A stretch of 64,000 nt of DNA from a virus (IMGVR_UViG_3300020050_005398:17338-81337), one strand, 5' to 3'; numbered from the stretch's first letter, positions 9,754 through 19,791 are shown. Program-made: numbers and translations. Notes: generated by a model from the sequence alone, not told the origin.

Positions 9754-10324
9754 CTTCTTTTAGCATGACTTTTAGTCGTTCCAACGTATCAATTGCTTCT
9801 TGAATATCTTTCAAGTAATCTTTACCTCCACGACCACCAGCAAGCAAAACCTTCTTAGCTGCATGCTGTTGGCAAGCATTGGTTACGTTATAGAGTTGCA
9901 GTACGCGGTAAATATCCAGAGTATCTAGGTGTGAAACATCCTTGAAATAATGCGAGTGCTTGCTAGGAGTAGAACCTTGGTTGTTAGTAGTACCTTGGTT
10001 GCTGGAAGCCTTGCAATCTTCGTAAACAGCGTTGAGGCTATCGTTGAGTTTAGTAAGCTCTTGGTTCAGTTGTTGGACTGTTTGTTGTGCTGTAGGAATA
10101 ACTGGTTCCACGTCTTTGACTAGCTTCACAATATTGTACTCACTGTAACCTGAAAGATCGATACCGGAACTACTATACTCAAATCCGTAACCATCTTTAA
10201 AAGATTTACCAGTATCACAGATTTCAGTAATCATGCTTGTAGTCCCCGAATGGTCTAGCCACAGTTGCCCAACCTTAACTTCAATACCGTTGATCATCGG
10301 TTTAACTATATCGCTACTGTTCAT
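9722..10324 (-). CDS. Hypothetical protein, C-terminal DUF3310-like domain
   Basis: HYFKDVSHLDTLDIYRVL...HAAKKVLLAGGRGGKD...DIQEAID. Confidence 0.6.
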   Translation of the reverse strand: MNSSDIVKPMINGIEVKVGQLWLDHSGTTSMITEICDTGKSFKDGYGFEYSSSGIDLSGYSEYNIVKLVKDVEPVIPTAQQTVQQLNQELTKLNDSLNAVYEDCKASSNQGTTNNQGSTPSKHSHYFKDVSHLDTLDIYRVLQLYNVTNACQQHAAKKVLLAGGRGGKDYLKDIQEAIDTLERLKVMLKEDERNSSETKE

Positions 10325-10827
10325 TGAATAACCCTTTCAGAATAACCCGTACTACCTAGCCCTTTATCTGCGCGTTCAGTCTGGTGAATCTCAGTAACGA
10401 ACTCAAATTTTATTTGCGGGGCATCTACCAGCATGCACTGCGCGATTCTATCTCCGTGCTTAATAACAAAAGGTTCAGCTTCCTGATAACCGTTATCTAC
10501 GTTACGGTCTTTCCGAAGTTTAATCATCAGTTCACCTGTGTAGTCACTGTCAATCACACCAACACAATTAGACAAGGAAACATCAGATTTAAATGCTTGC
10601 CCACTACGCGAATAAACCATTAGGGCTTTACCTTTGGGAATCTCAAAGAACAATCCTGTACCAAATACAGCAGTATCTTCTTCAGAAATAGCTACATCGA
10701 AAGAACGGAAGGATTTATAGCTGTAAGCATGTACATCAAAACATGCTGCTCCTTTTGTTGCATATACAGGAGACTTTACATCATCTGCGTATCGTTTGAT
10801 TTTCAGTACGTTACGTATGTTATTCAT
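10321..10827 (-). CDS. dut: dUTPase (trimeric)
   Basis: AACFDV, VYSRSG, GVIDSDYTGE, GDRIAQ and RADKGLGSTG motifs; ATG 10827 after AAGGTG. Confidence 0.93.
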   Translation of the reverse strand: MNNIRNVLKIKRYADDVKSPVYATKGAACFDVHAYSYKSFRSFDVAISEEDTAVFGTGLFFEIPKGKALMVYSRSGQAFKSDVSLSNCVGVIDSDYTGELMIKLRKDRNVDNGYQEAEPFVIKHGDRIAQCMLVDAPQIKFEFVTEIHQTERADKGLGSTGYSERVIQ

Positions 10828-10847
10828 TAGTATCACCTTTCATAAGT

Positions 10848-11138
10848 TCAATACCAATTAATTGTTTCTGTAATGATTTTGTAAGTCTTGTCTTTTCCAA
10901 ATACATTAATTGCTTTATAAATCATATATTCAAGTTGTTTTCTGGTTTGAGTTTCTTCGTTGTACAGCTCAAAGTAGTCTGCACACCAACCAACCCCATC
11001 GGTTTCTTCTCCTTCTAGAATAAGATCGTAATCCCAGTCAAACCCGATAATCATCATTGGTTTATCACCATATCGAAAATCTTCAGGATCGTGTGTGCGA
11101 ACTACAACATCACCTATTTTAAACTTGTAATCGCTCAT
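10848..11138 (-). CDS. Hypothetical protein (FKxGDVVVRT family)
   Basis: N-terminus similar to 24766..25299. Confidence 0.55.
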   Translation of the reverse strand: MSDYKFKIGDVVVRTHDPEDFRYGDKPMMIIGFDWDYDLILEGEETDGVGWCADYFELYNEETQTRKQLEYMIYKAINVFGKDKTYKIITETINWY

Positions 11139-11419
11139 TCTGTCTCCTTGGTTAAAATATCAAATGACTCTGCAAATACAAAATCGCTGGATTTATCTTC
11201 GGATTCAATTACCTCTGCATCCGAAGGTTTAATGAAGTTAATGCAATTCCAGTGTCCACCTTCTCTAGCCCAGTAGAGCATACCTTCGGTAGCATTGAAG
11301 GTTACTTTGTGGATGTGAACTACAGTTCCTACAAGATTGTTATACCAGTAGGATTTATCTTGGCAATTAATGATTTTTACTAACAAAGTATAATCTCCTT
11401 GGTTAAATAGCATTAACAA
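11135..11419 (-). CDS. Hypothetical protein
   Basis: Collinear, overlapping stop/start. Confidence 0.5.
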   Translation of the reverse strand: MLMLFNQGDYTLLVKIINCQDKSYWYNNLVGTVVHIHKVTFNATEGMLYWAREGGHWNCINFIKPSDAEVIESEDKSSDFVFAESFDILTKETE

Positions 11420-11678
11420 CTTCTTCTAATTCAAGAAATCTTGAAAAAGCAATCTTATCAGAAATACCGCCTGTATTATATTCCCAGCAAATATCACTAA
11501 TTTTACCCGTGATAGAATATAACACGTTTGACTTACTTTCACTGGCAGCGAGATGTTTATCAACACTTTTAATCAAACGCTGATTAACATTGCGGGATTC
11601 TTCAAGTTCTTGAATCAGCTTAAAATAAGCAGGTAACACTTGTTCCAATGTAAGGTTTGTTTCTGGAATGTTACTCAT
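11403..11678 (-). CDS. Hypothetical protein
   Basis: 91-aa ORF with GGAG SD. Confidence 0.55.
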   Translation of the reverse strand: MSNIPETNLTLEQVLPAYFKLIQELEESRNVNQRLIKSVDKHLAASESKSNVLYSITGKISDICWEYNTGGISDKIAFSRFLELEEVVNAI

Positions 11679-11691
11679 AAAATCTCCTTAA

Positions 11692-11943
11692 TTAAAATTC
11701 AGTCAATCGTTTAGCGACACGAGAATCTCTGGTTTTATTCCGAATAGGAACAATAGCAGATTGATCCAAGTATAACCTAAATTCGCGTACTACGGCTGAA
11801 CTACCAGAAGAATATACTCGCAGTTTCAAACAAGCAAGTTCTGCTTGGTAGTGCGATAAGTAATAACCCGAGATTCGCTTCTGCGTTGATTCATCAAATA
11901 CACACCAGAGCAGATCGAATTCTTGATTAGTGTAGTATGTCAA
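11692..11943 (-). CDS. Hypothetical protein
   Basis: 83-aa ORF abutting upstream stop. Confidence 0.5.
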   Translation of the reverse strand: MTYYTNQEFDLLWCVFDESTQKRISGYYLSHYQAELACLKLRVYSSGSSAVVREFRLYLDQSAIVPIRNKTRDSRVAKRLTEF

Positions 11944-12267
11944 TTAAATTACTCCGTTAACAATCAACGAACAGCTAGAACCTGTAAGAGTAACGCACTT
12001 ACTATCAACTTTGAGTTTTTCTTCTTTAGTCATTTCTTCGCAATAACTACCAATTCCGTCTTTCCATTTGTAAACCGCATATGAACCTTTCACAACATTA
12101 CCATTACTGCAAGTAACGAGCGATGGGTTATTAACAAAGTAATGAGCCTTGATTTTATCTGGAAACACCTCACGTACTTTATACAGGCTCAATGTTCCTC
12201 GTGAAGATGTTGAAGCGTAAGCAATCGTGTCACCTACTTTGATTTCATTACCGAGCATATCTTTCAT
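11944..12267 (-). CDS. Hypothetical protein
   Basis: MKDMLGNEIKVGDTIAY start; GGAG SD. Confidence 0.55.
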   Translation of the reverse strand: MKDMLGNEIKVGDTIAYASTSSRGTLSLYKVREVFPDKIKAHYFVNNPSLVTCSNGNVVKGSYAVYKWKDGIGSYCEEMTKEEKLKVDSKCVTLTGSSCSLIVNGVI

Positions 12268-12282
12268 GTTTATTCTCCTTAG

Positions 12283-12462
12283 TTAATACGCAACAACACC
12301 CACAAAACTACCATCTTCATTGAAACCAAATTCAACCTCATAGTCGTTATCTGTAAATAATGTAATATTCATGACATCATAAAGACAGTGTTTGGTTCCA
12401 ATATCTTCAAGAACATAGATCAACTTTTCTTTATCTGTCATATCATGGTAATCTTTTTGCAT
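12283..12462 (-). CDS. Small hypothetical protein (59 aa, not in ORF track)
   Basis: MQKDYHDMTDKEKLIY...; AGGAG SD; fills gap in operon. Confidence 0.5.
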   Translation of the reverse strand: MQKDYHDMTDKEKLIYVLEDIGTKHCLYDVMNITLFTDNDYEVEFGFNEDGSFVGVVAY

Positions 12463-12477
12463 GTTTACTCCTTTACT

Positions 12478-12744
12478 TTACCACAAATCTTCTGAATACA
12501 ATTCCGGGCCTTGGTAATACTGACTACCTTGTCTCCGGTTTAATTGACCGTTTTCTTTAGCTAGTTGCACGGCTTCTTTTCTATTCAAAAATACACCAGA
12601 AGTAGTAATAAACCCTTCATTGGTAAAGCCACAACCACCTGCAACATTGTTAATGACTCTAAATACGTTGTGGTGACGATTTGGCGCTGGAAGCGAATAA
12701 AGAGTACCGTTATACACAACAGCTACACCTACAATTTTTTCCAA
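12478..12744 (-). CDS. Conserved phage hypothetical protein
   Basis: RHH...GFITTSGVFLNRKEA...LYSEDLW pattern common in phage proteins. Confidence 0.6.
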   Translation of the reverse strand: MEKIVGVAVVYNGTLYSLPAPNRHHNVFRVINNVAGGCGFTNEGFITTSGVFLNRKEAVQLAKENGQLNRRQGSQYYQGPELYSEDLW

Positions 12745-12759
12745 AGTAAATCTCCTGTA

Positions 12760-13611
12760 TCAACCGGGTTTAATCCAACGTCCTTGCTTACCGAGCAACA
12801 TCGGTTCTAGCGTTGGAATACCGTTGATTATAACAGCAATTCCGATGATTGGTTTCTTCAGGTTGAGTTTATTGTAAGCAAAAGCCAACGATTTATTATC
12901 AACGAGACAGCCGATCTGCAATCCCCAAAACAAACCGTTAGGATTAGCCCAATAACGAACGTCAAATGAATTGTGGTTGTGCCCTTGTACAGCATTCATT
13001 CCCATTGTCTGTGACAGCTTGAGAACGTCAGAAGTCTTAGCGTGATGAAAGTAGCATTGTTGACCGTTGGACAAAGTAATCGTCAAGTCATCATGCCATT
13101 TCCAACCTTCACCTACTCCAAGCACATCGTTATATGACTTGATGTAATGCTTGGGAAACCCATGAGTTTTTGCTTTGCGATACGCAAGTGAACCATGATT
13201 AGACTCAAGAATATCCATTACTGGAAACATACGTTCAAGCTGCTTGATATGCTTACGAGCTAGAGCAAGTTCATGTCCTGCTGAATACAAATCAGGATCA
13301 CTGTCGTGGTAACTTAGTGAGTGATTATCCTCGAGGTCTCCCAACGAAATAACCCGTGTAGGTTCGTACTTATCCTTCAGATAACTCAAGAATTCAAACG
13401 AATCTTTATGGTGGTACGGAATGTGCATATCACTAATTAGCAGAATACGGGAATTATCCTGAAGTTCTTTCTGCTTAGAACCAACGATTCGGTTGTACCG
13501 TTCGTTTACCCCTGACTTACTGATTCCAAGTAAAGTAGCGATTGCTCTGCTGGATTTACCTTCGTTCTTTAACGCGATAATGCAATCGTCAATACTCTTT
13601 GTATAGCTCAA
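12760..13611 (-). CDS. Calcineurin-like metallophosphoesterase with N-terminal HTH
   Basis: DMH, GD, SNH, H and GHNH motifs; SSRAIATLLGISKSGV HTH-like start. Confidence 0.82.
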   Translation of the reverse strand: MSYTKSIDDCIIALKNEGKSSRAIATLLGISKSGVNERYNRIVGSKQKELQDNSRILLISDMHIPYHHKDSFEFLSYLKDKYEPTRVISLGDLEDNHSLSYHDSDPDLYSAGHELALARKHIKQLERMFPVMDILESNHGSLAYRKAKTHGFPKHYIKSYNDVLGVGEGWKWHDDLTITLSNGQQCYFHHAKTSDVLKLSQTMGMNAVQGHNHNSFDVRYWANPNGLFWGLQIGCLVDNKSLAFAYNKLNLKKPIIGIAVIINGIPTLEPMLLGKQGRWIKPG

Positions 13612-13883
13612 ACAGATTCTCCTTCTTGGTTGTTATCGAGTTGTTGTACTTCGGTAATCAGTTCTAATGCAGTTCGCTTACCTTCAATCCAGTAAGCATT
13701 TTCTTCTTCCCACTTCCCACCTTCATAAACATCATCGTTATCAATATACCACTGCAAAGCATTGCTCAACTTAACTATCAAATCGTGTTGTACTCTAAGT
13801 AAGGACGCAGCTTCCCAACCTTCTTTTGTTTGAATCCAAGGACTACAATCATCAAGAGCATCTGCAAGTTCGTAAGCCCTCAC
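13608..13883 (-). CDS. Hypothetical protein
   Basis: Collinear, overlapping. Confidence 0.5.
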   Translation of the reverse strand: MRAYELADALDDCSPWIQTKEGWEAASLLRVQHDLIVKLSNALQWYIDNDDVYEGGKWEEENAYWIEGKRTALELITEVQQLDNNQEGESV

Positions 13884-14128
13884 TTTGACTCTCCTTGGTT
13901 AAATTCTGTTGTACTAAAGAACCACTCATAGAACAGTGCAGCGCCAATGTTTAATTCTTGTGTAAGATCAAACTGAGTCTTACCGTTATACAAGTATTGA
14001 TACCGAATGTAATTCAAAATGTCAGTGAAAGTTTCTTGCAAGTATTCGCTCTGCTTAAAATCTTCAGATTGCAACGTATGCTTAACGTATGCAAGCAAAT
14101 GGTGATAATCTACAACATCGTTTTTCAT
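13880..14128 (-). CDS. Hypothetical protein
   Basis: Collinear, overlapping. Confidence 0.5.
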   Translation of the reverse strand: MKNDVVDYHHLLAYVKHTLQSEDFKQSEYLQETFTDILNYIRYQYLYNGKTQFDLTQELNIGAALFYEWFFSTTEFNQGESK

Positions 14129-14646
14129 TGGTTTCCTTTCGTTTTATCCAAAACATTAACAATCCGTTCAAACCCAAGACTTCTATCCATCGTTGCTTTT
14201 GCAAAGTATTCCTTACGTTGCTTCGGGTTTGAGCCACGATTATACCCTAGTTCTACTAAGCATTTATTCTGTTGTTCAGCATTTAGTTTGTTAAACAGAA
14301 CTTTTACTCGTTTGATCCAACCTGGATGACGATAGCGTGTATCCGGTTGTTTTTCTGTACGTTCAATGTAGTCTGCTGCCTGCCGTAAGAACGATGGTAA
14401 ACCTTCTGGATACCAGTGGTTGAGATAACGTACAGAAAGATTCTCCAGTTTACCTAGAAGCATATTAGATTGCTTGTACAGAACTCCACGTACAAATTGC
14501 TGCTCATTGTGAACATGATCTAAGTGCAAATCACGTAAGTTAAACTGCTTGTTTGACAATGCACATTTACCAAGCTGTTCATCGTAGAGTAATTGACGTA
14601 CTGTTGCTACGTCTTTTGCTGTGTACAGGTCTTGTGTTACTGTCAA
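14125..14646 (-). CDS. Endonuclease VII-like Holliday junction resolvase
   Basis: CALS...LDHVH...VRGVL...NMLLGKLE pattern. Confidence 0.75.
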   Translation of the reverse strand: MTVTQDLYTAKDVATVRQLLYDEQLGKCALSNKQFNLRDLHLDHVHNEQQFVRGVLYKQSNMLLGKLENLSVRYLNHWYPEGLPSFLRQAADYIERTEKQPDTRYRHPGWIKRVKVLFNKLNAEQQNKCLVELGYNRGSNPKQRKEYFAKATMDRSLGFERIVNVLDKTKGNQ

Positions 14647-14837
14647 GACTCTTTCTCCTTACCAAAGTTGTTTTTGAAAACTATCTTATATTCGCTGGAC
14701 AACGGTCTAATGCTAGTATAGAAATCCTGAGTAACAACAGCACCATAACCAGAGTCGTACAATACGAGATATGAACCTTTTGGTAGAAGAAGTCTTTCGT
14801 TTGTATGTCTATTCACAGCATAAAATTTAACACTCAC
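14643..14837 (-). CDS. Hypothetical protein
   Basis: GTG start overlapping exonuclease stop. Confidence 0.45.
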   Translation of the reverse strand: MSVKFYAVNRHTNERLLLPKGSYLVLYDSGYGAVVTQDFYTSIRPLSSEYKIVFKNNFGKEKES

Positions 14838-15793
14838 AATACAACTCCATATTTATCAAAGAATTCACCAGCGATTAACTGATCATCTATACTCTCCTTC
14901 ATTTTCGCACATCTAAAATAGAGTTCCAGCATTGATTTCCAATCTACTTCGTGCGTAACACCGCTCCAATCAACGTAGGTAAACTTGTCCGGATACCATT
15001 GCTTGTACTTTTCAATTACCTTCAGAAGTATTTCTTGCGGTGTCTTGCAGTCAACCAAGTCTTTATAGCAAGCTACATCACCGTACTTTGCTGTAGTTAA
15101 ATCCGTAGGTTTATATACATCGCTAGGATCACCTACTAACCATTGATAAGCAATCCAAGGAATACCGTAGGATTTAAAGCTGCGTTCAACTAGCTCAATA
15201 TAGTGCATCGCTTGGATACTGAACAGTTGGTCAGGCTCCGTTGAGTAATTTCCAATCTTCATCCCAACGAATTGCTTCGCGTCTTTATCTGGTGCAAGAA
15301 CACAAGAATCTTCTCCTTGACGTAATGATTCGTAGGCTAAAAGAGCAGAGTGATCGTCGCATTCGTGTCCAATAGGGCTAATCGAATTATACCTACATTT
15401 CATGTAGTCATGACAAGCCTTCAGATGTAACGGACGTAACGTACTTTCCCTGTTACTCTTATACCTCTTTGGTAACGGTAAATCCCTACGAAAGTTATTA
15501 CTGTCCCCTGCAACGAAGATAACATCACAGAAATCAAACCTGCTTATAATACCTTCAGCAGATAACTTGACTGAATGCAGAGCATTTTCTACAGGTGAAG
15601 CTGTCTGAACATCCTTGATAATATAGTCAGGAGTAATCTGCTTGTCTTTACTTTGCATATACTTCTTGAATTCAGTTCTGGTTTTAAACTGCTTTTCAAC
15701 TGAAGTTGGTTCATGCGTAACAACAATAGTTCTTTCTTCGTTTACTGCTGCTGCTGAATATAGTAGGGTATCTGCGTCTACGAATACTTTCAT
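14834..15793 (-). CDS. 5'-3' exonuclease (T7 gp6/T5 D15-like)
   Basis: VDADTLLY, ECDD, DKD and GDPSD acidic motifs. Confidence 0.85.
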   Translation of the reverse strand: MKVFVDADTLLYSAAAVNEERTIVVTHEPTSVEKQFKTRTEFKKYMQSKDKQITPDYIIKDVQTASPVENALHSVKLSAEGIISRFDFCDVIFVAGDSNNFRRDLPLPKRYKSNRESTLRPLHLKACHDYMKCRYNSISPIGHECDDHSALLAYESLRQGEDSCVLAPDKDAKQFVGMKIGNYSTEPDQLFSIQAMHYIELVERSFKSYGIPWIAYQWLVGDPSDVYKPTDLTTAKYGDVACYKDLVDCKTPQEILLKVIEKYKQWYPDKFTYVDWSGVTHEVDWKSMLELYFRCAKMKESIDDQLIAGEFFDKYGVVL

Positions 15794-16002
15794 TCGTTAT
15801 CCTTAACGTAAACGTCTTCGTTTACTTGCTTTACTTCAACGAAGATGTATAAATCGTCGGTTGTACAATCAGGTACAAGTCCTGTTTCTTGTTGTTCACT
15901 GCAAAGTCGCAGAGATTGTTTCTCGAAATAACAACCATTACAACCTATTGTCGGCTCTGCGCATTTAAGCACAACCCCGTTAAATTCAAACGTATTACTC
16001 AC
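15790..16002 (-). CDS. Small Cys-rich protein (CxGC family)
   Basis: CNGCYF...C...C...YIF; similar to 18053 and 19508 ORFs. Confidence 0.55.
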   Translation of the reverse strand: MSNTFEFNGVVLKCAEPTIGCNGCYFEKQSLRLCSEQQETGLVPDCTTDDLYIFVEVKQVNEDVYVKDNE

Positions 16003-16217
16003 AATTCATTCCTTACTGTTAATACTAACCCAAACACAAAATAACCACAGATACTGCAACAGGAACACCGCCACAGCAGCACTCAGTACAACATCTTGCG
16101 TTTCAATACCTTCAATCAGATTTTCTATTGCAATAAATAAGTGTTCCATCCAACGATCCTTTCTTTGTTAAAAATCTGATTGTACTACGGTTTGATGTTA
16201 CCTACGTTCAGATAAAG

Positions 16218-16243
16218 AAAACCCCCTAGAATAAACTAGGGGT
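16218..16243 (-). terminator. Intrinsic terminator
   Basis: CCCCTAG-AATAAA-CTAGGGG with U-tract on minus strand. Confidence 0.65.
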
Positions 16244-16255
16244 ATATGTTAAGTG

Positions 16256-16516
16256 TTACGCGACTTCTTCGATTTTATCCAGAAGTTCTTGAGTCTTGCT
16301 TTGCAGTTCCTCAAGTTTACCCTTAGCCTTAGCTACGGCAATCTTCTTGAGCAAAGCAGCGTCATAACCAAGGTCTTTTGCTTGGTCACAAAGCTCCTTC
16401 ATATCAGCATCAAGTGTAGCTTGTTCGTTGGCAATACCGAGCATAAGGTCAAGCATTGTATCTTCGGTTGGTTTATCTTTGGTTTGATCTGCTGTTTGAT
16501 TTGTTTGGTTAGTCAT
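16256..16516 (-). CDS. GapR/DsbA-like dsDNA-binding protein
   Basis: QATLDADMKELCDQAKDLGYDAALLKKI resembles DUF2312/GapR pattern. Confidence 0.6.
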   Translation of the reverse strand: MTNQTNQTADQTKDKPTEDTMLDLMLGIANEQATLDADMKELCDQAKDLGYDAALLKKIAVAKAKGKLEELQSKTQELLDKIEEVA

Positions 16517-16540
16517 GGTTTGCCTTTCAGGAATGTGGTT

Positions 16541-16640
16541 TAGAGGCTTTGCTATCTAGCTAGAAACGATTTAAATTGGGTTGTTGATACCTAGGTAGCC
16601 TACGAAGAAATAATCGCTAGAATCGCATTTAAATCAACGT
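16541..16640 (-). repeat. Dispersed intergenic double-palindrome repeat, copy E
   Basis: Minus strand GCGATTATTTCTTCGTAGGCTACCTAGGTATCAACAACCCAATTTAAATCG. Confidence 0.8.
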
Positions 16641-16665
16641 AGGTTACTTTGGCTAGATTGCTAGG

Positions 16666-17316
16666 TTAAAATGGGCAAGTTTCCTCATCATCTTCAACGG
16701 GGGCTTTCCTTGCTGGTTTAGCAGCAGGTTTAGCCGGTACTGTTGTCTTTGGTGCTACCTTCGGTTGTTCTGCTGGTTCGTCCTCCAAGAATTCACTACC
16801 TGCTTCACCTTCGTTTGACTCTGGTTTAACATACTCAATCAAATCTGTAACCAGTACATTCTTCAGAAAGATACTACCACCACCTGTTGACTTCTCAAAC
16901 ACATCCAAGCTCAACGCGCCCTTACTACCGTTAGCAACCAGTTTTGAATTGGTAATATCGACGATCAACTTACCCTGCTTCTCAAAGACTTTCGGTTTGT
17001 ACATTTCAGGTACAGGCTTACCTGTCTTACCAAGTTCCGTTGATTTACGCAGAGTAATAACCCAGACTTCATCCCCAGCTCCATCTGGAAGTTCGCACTT
17101 GTACTTTTCTTCAAATTCAGCAGATTCTACTTCTTTGATTGAAACAAGCGTATCAAGGCTCTTAGCGAACTTTTCAAATTCTTTCTTTACAGACTTATCT
17201 GTAATAACTACACTTGCTTTCCACTCATCAGGTTTAGGTGGAACACCTGCTTTAACAAATGCTTTAACAGGTTCTTGAACTTGAACATAGACCAGAGTAC
17301 CTTCGATTTTCTTCAT
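16666..17316 (-). CDS. Single-stranded DNA-binding protein (T7 gp2.5-like)
   Basis: OB-like body with acidic tail ending DDEETCPF; located in replication module. Confidence 0.72.
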   Translation of the reverse strand: MKKIEGTLVYVQVQEPVKAFVKAGVPPKPDEWKASVVITDKSVKKEFEKFAKSLDTLVSIKEVESAEFEEKYKCELPDGAGDEVWVITLRKSTELGKTGKPVPEMYKPKVFEKQGKLIVDITNSKLVANGSKGALSLDVFEKSTGGGSIFLKNVLVTDLIEYVKPESNEGEAGSEFLEDEPAEQPKVAPKTTVPAKPAAKPARKAPVEDDEETCPF

Positions 17317-17429
17317 ATATTTCCTTTTCAGATTTACGTTTACTTTATGTAGATTAACTACGACTTTACTAACAGACTAACAGGTAGTTTTATTAGCTAC
17401 GAACTACCAAACGTAGATTATATCTAAGG

Positions 17430-17876
17430 TTACACCTTAGAACGAATACCTTCAAGTTCTCCTGCGGTAGGTTTACGTGCCTGATTCCAGAACATTGTTT
17501 CACCATCTGCTGTATAACTTGTATAACCAGAACTCCACGAATATACAATACCCTCTTGTACATTGGCAAAATACCTCAAGTTCCATTTTCCTGTGTCAAA
17601 ATCACGAACCATAATCAGATCGTCTACTTTCCAATCATCATACGGTGAAACTTCAATTAGGTCGTGTCTTGACGCAGTGTTATTATCCCAGTACATACCA
17701 CCTGCTGTATAACTCTCAAGCAGATCGCACTCATCAGATGTAATAAGCGCAACAACATTGTATCCACATCCTCTCATGTCCGTGCAGATAATTCGTACAG
17801 ACCGTCCGTCACGAGTCATGTACTTCTTGTCCATGCTAATTAACTTTGAATTATTAGCAGATGTTTCTTTTTCCAC
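17430..17876 (-). CDS. Hypothetical protein with repeated beta-domain
   Basis: KYMTRDGRSVRII...YTAGG...DLIEV. Confidence 0.55.
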   Translation of the reverse strand: MEKETSANNSKLISMDKKYMTRDGRSVRIICTDMRGCGYNVVALITSDECDLLESYTAGGMYWDNNTASRHDLIEVSPYDDWKVDDLIMVRDFDTGKWNLRYFANVQEGIVYSWSSGYTSYTADGETMFWNQARKPTAGELEGIRSKV

Positions 17877-17923
17877 GATTTACTCCTTTGTGTAAAAATT
17901 AACGGAATTTGCAACTAACCTAG

Positions 17924-17951
17924 ATTATACCTTAGATTCTACTCAAGTCAA
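17924..17951 (-). promoter_or_regulatory. Sigma70-like promoter
   Basis: TTGACT-16 nt-TATAAT on minus strand. Confidence 0.7.
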
Positions 17952-18052
17952 CACTTCAGTAAAACCAGAAGTATTCACCGTAGAATAGTACAGAAAGTGC
18001 TGTTGCTGTAAATACCAGAAGTAACCACAAGTAAAATTCTTGTTTCATTTGA

Positions 18053-18451
18053 TTAACCGAACTTTTGTTTCAACTCAAGATACTGTTTTTCAATCTGCAA
18101 GAACTCTTGATATTCGCGGTGTTTGTGTTCAAGATATTCTTTGATAACACTTTCCATTTCATCATATCTGTCCGTCATCTTACCCCACACGTTATACGCT
18201 TCAAGAAATTCAGTAAGCGTATACTTTGGTTGATCTGCTTGTTTAGTTGGTTGCACTTCAGCTTTCTTTTGTTGAGTAGGTTGTTTGATCCAGATAATAC
18301 CAATACATCCGCCATGTGTGTTAGCTACGGTTTGACAATCATCAGCGTTGTATTCAAAGGCACAACCTCTGCAACGGTATGTTTCTTTTACCGCTACATA
18401 GTACAAGTCATCACTTGCAATGTAAGGTTTCTTAGTGGTAACTGAGTTCAT
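18053..18451 (-). CDS. Cys-rich (CxGC) hypothetical protein with QP linker
   Basis: CRGCAF...C...C.GIIWIKQ, then VQPTKQ. Confidence 0.55.
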   Translation of the reverse strand: MNSVTTKKPYIASDDLYYVAVKETYRCRGCAFEYNADDCQTVANTHGGCIGIIWIKQPTQQKKAEVQPTKQADQPKYTLTEFLEAYNVWGKMTDRYDEMESVIKEYLEHKHREYQEFLQIEKQYLELKQKFG

Positions 18452-18462
18452 AAACTACTCCT

Positions 18463-19239
18463 TCAAAAATAAGGTTGAACAGGGTCTTCGCAGAATTCTT
18501 TGCCATCGGCAGGTAACGCTTGAATTATAGCCTCGCATTCTGCGTTATACGCTGGTCTATACAAAGAATCTTTGATCAGTTTAGCAGCTTTTCTTGTTTC
18601 TTGAAGTTGTTCTGTCAGTTCTTTGATGCGTTTGTTCAAGCTATCCGCTTCGCGTTGCAATCTTGAGTATTCACTATCAGCTTTCAACGCAGCATTGTAC
18701 CTGTCAACAACATCAGAAAGTTCTTTACGCGCATTGTCTACAAGGATGTTACGTTCATTTGCGGCTTTGTAGATGGTTGGGAATGTACTCAGGGGTTCAT
18801 AGTACGCCTGCCAAGAGTACGTCTTACCATTACCGCCGCCACAGCCAGTGTCAAAACCAAGATCACGAAGGATATTACTCGTGTTGAGTTGTTTCCACGA
18901 ACTATCATAGTAGTAGTCACCTTTTACTACACCTTCGACAACATAAGTGATTACAACTCTGGAAGATTCACCAATACCAAGATCAAACACAAAGTCCTTA
19001 CCATAGTGTTCACGCAAAGCTGTAGTTGCACGTTCTTCCAGCTCTTTAAACGAACGTGAAGTGCAGCGAATGTCAATCAAGGTATCACGCAGCTTAGTAC
19101 GTTCAGCTTGATGCTGTTCTTCCTTGAGTTTATCTGCGGTGTGTTTCTGTTCGCATTTCAACGCTGCTTTTTCAGTAGCATAGCTTTTGTTACAAACTTC
19201 GCATTCGTACTTGACGGTTGGTTTTACTTGCTTAACCAT
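18463..19239 (-). CDS. Hypothetical protein, N-terminal C2H-type Zn finger, C-terminal coiled coil
   Basis: YECEVCNKSYATEKAALKCEQKH. Confidence 0.55.
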   Translation of the reverse strand: MVKQVKPTVKYECEVCNKSYATEKAALKCEQKHTADKLKEEQHQAERTKLRDTLIDIRCTSRSFKELEERATTALREHYGKDFVFDLGIGESSRVVITYVVEGVVKGDYYYDSSWKQLNTSNILRDLGFDTGCGGGNGKTYSWQAYYEPLSTFPTIYKAANERNILVDNARKELSDVVDRYNAALKADSEYSRLQREADSLNKRIKELTEQLQETRKAAKLIKDSLYRPAYNAECEAIIQALPADGKEFCEDPVQPYF

Positions 19240-19242
19240 TGA

Positions 19243-19515
19243 TTACTCCTTTCCTATAAGGAACATAGATACAACAATACGTTTAATAGTGTGCGGATCA
19301 AGTTGAATCCTACATCCCATGTCATTGAACATAAAACTCACAGTCTTATCGGCGAAATAGTCAGGGACTTTATGCGGGAGTTCTTCCAGCATTTGTTCGT
19401 AGATTAACCCCACTTCAACGAAAGATCGTTGTACGGATTCATCGTTGATGGTACGTTGGTATTCGTCGTATTCTTTTTGGAGAATACTGAAGATGTATTC
19501 GAGGTGTTCAGACAT
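19243..19515 (-). CDS. Hypothetical protein
   Basis: Collinear, overlapping. Confidence 0.5.
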   Translation of the reverse strand: MSEHLEYIFSILQKEYDEYQRTINDESVQRSFVEVGLIYEQMLEELPHKVPDYFADKTVSFMFNDMGCRIQLDPHTIKRIVVSMFLIGKE

Positions 19516-19717
19516 TCATTGTTCCTTGTTTAATAACCTGCTTAATCCAAATAGTGTTACCACATGGATGATGATGTATATGGAATACGTTACAAGCTGC
19601 TTGTTTGTAGTCTCTATACGCTTCACAACCTCTGCAAAAATTGTCAGTTTTCACGCGCATATAAACATCAGAACCAATGTTGCTTGTCTTACCGTAGTCA
19701 ATAAATGTTTTCTTCAT
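19508..19717 (-). CDS. Small Cys-rich protein (CxGC family)
   Basis: CRGCE...C...CGNTIWIKQ. Confidence 0.55.
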   Translation of the reverse strand: MKKTFIDYGKTSNIGSDVYMRVKTDNFCRGCEAYRDYKQAACNVFHIHHHPCGNTIWIKQVIKQGTMNV

Positions 19718-19791
19718 GTTAACCCTTTTGTTGGTGTGGTGAGCGTTCGCTAGAACGTGAACTTGGAACGCATTGTAGCAGATTTTAACCT

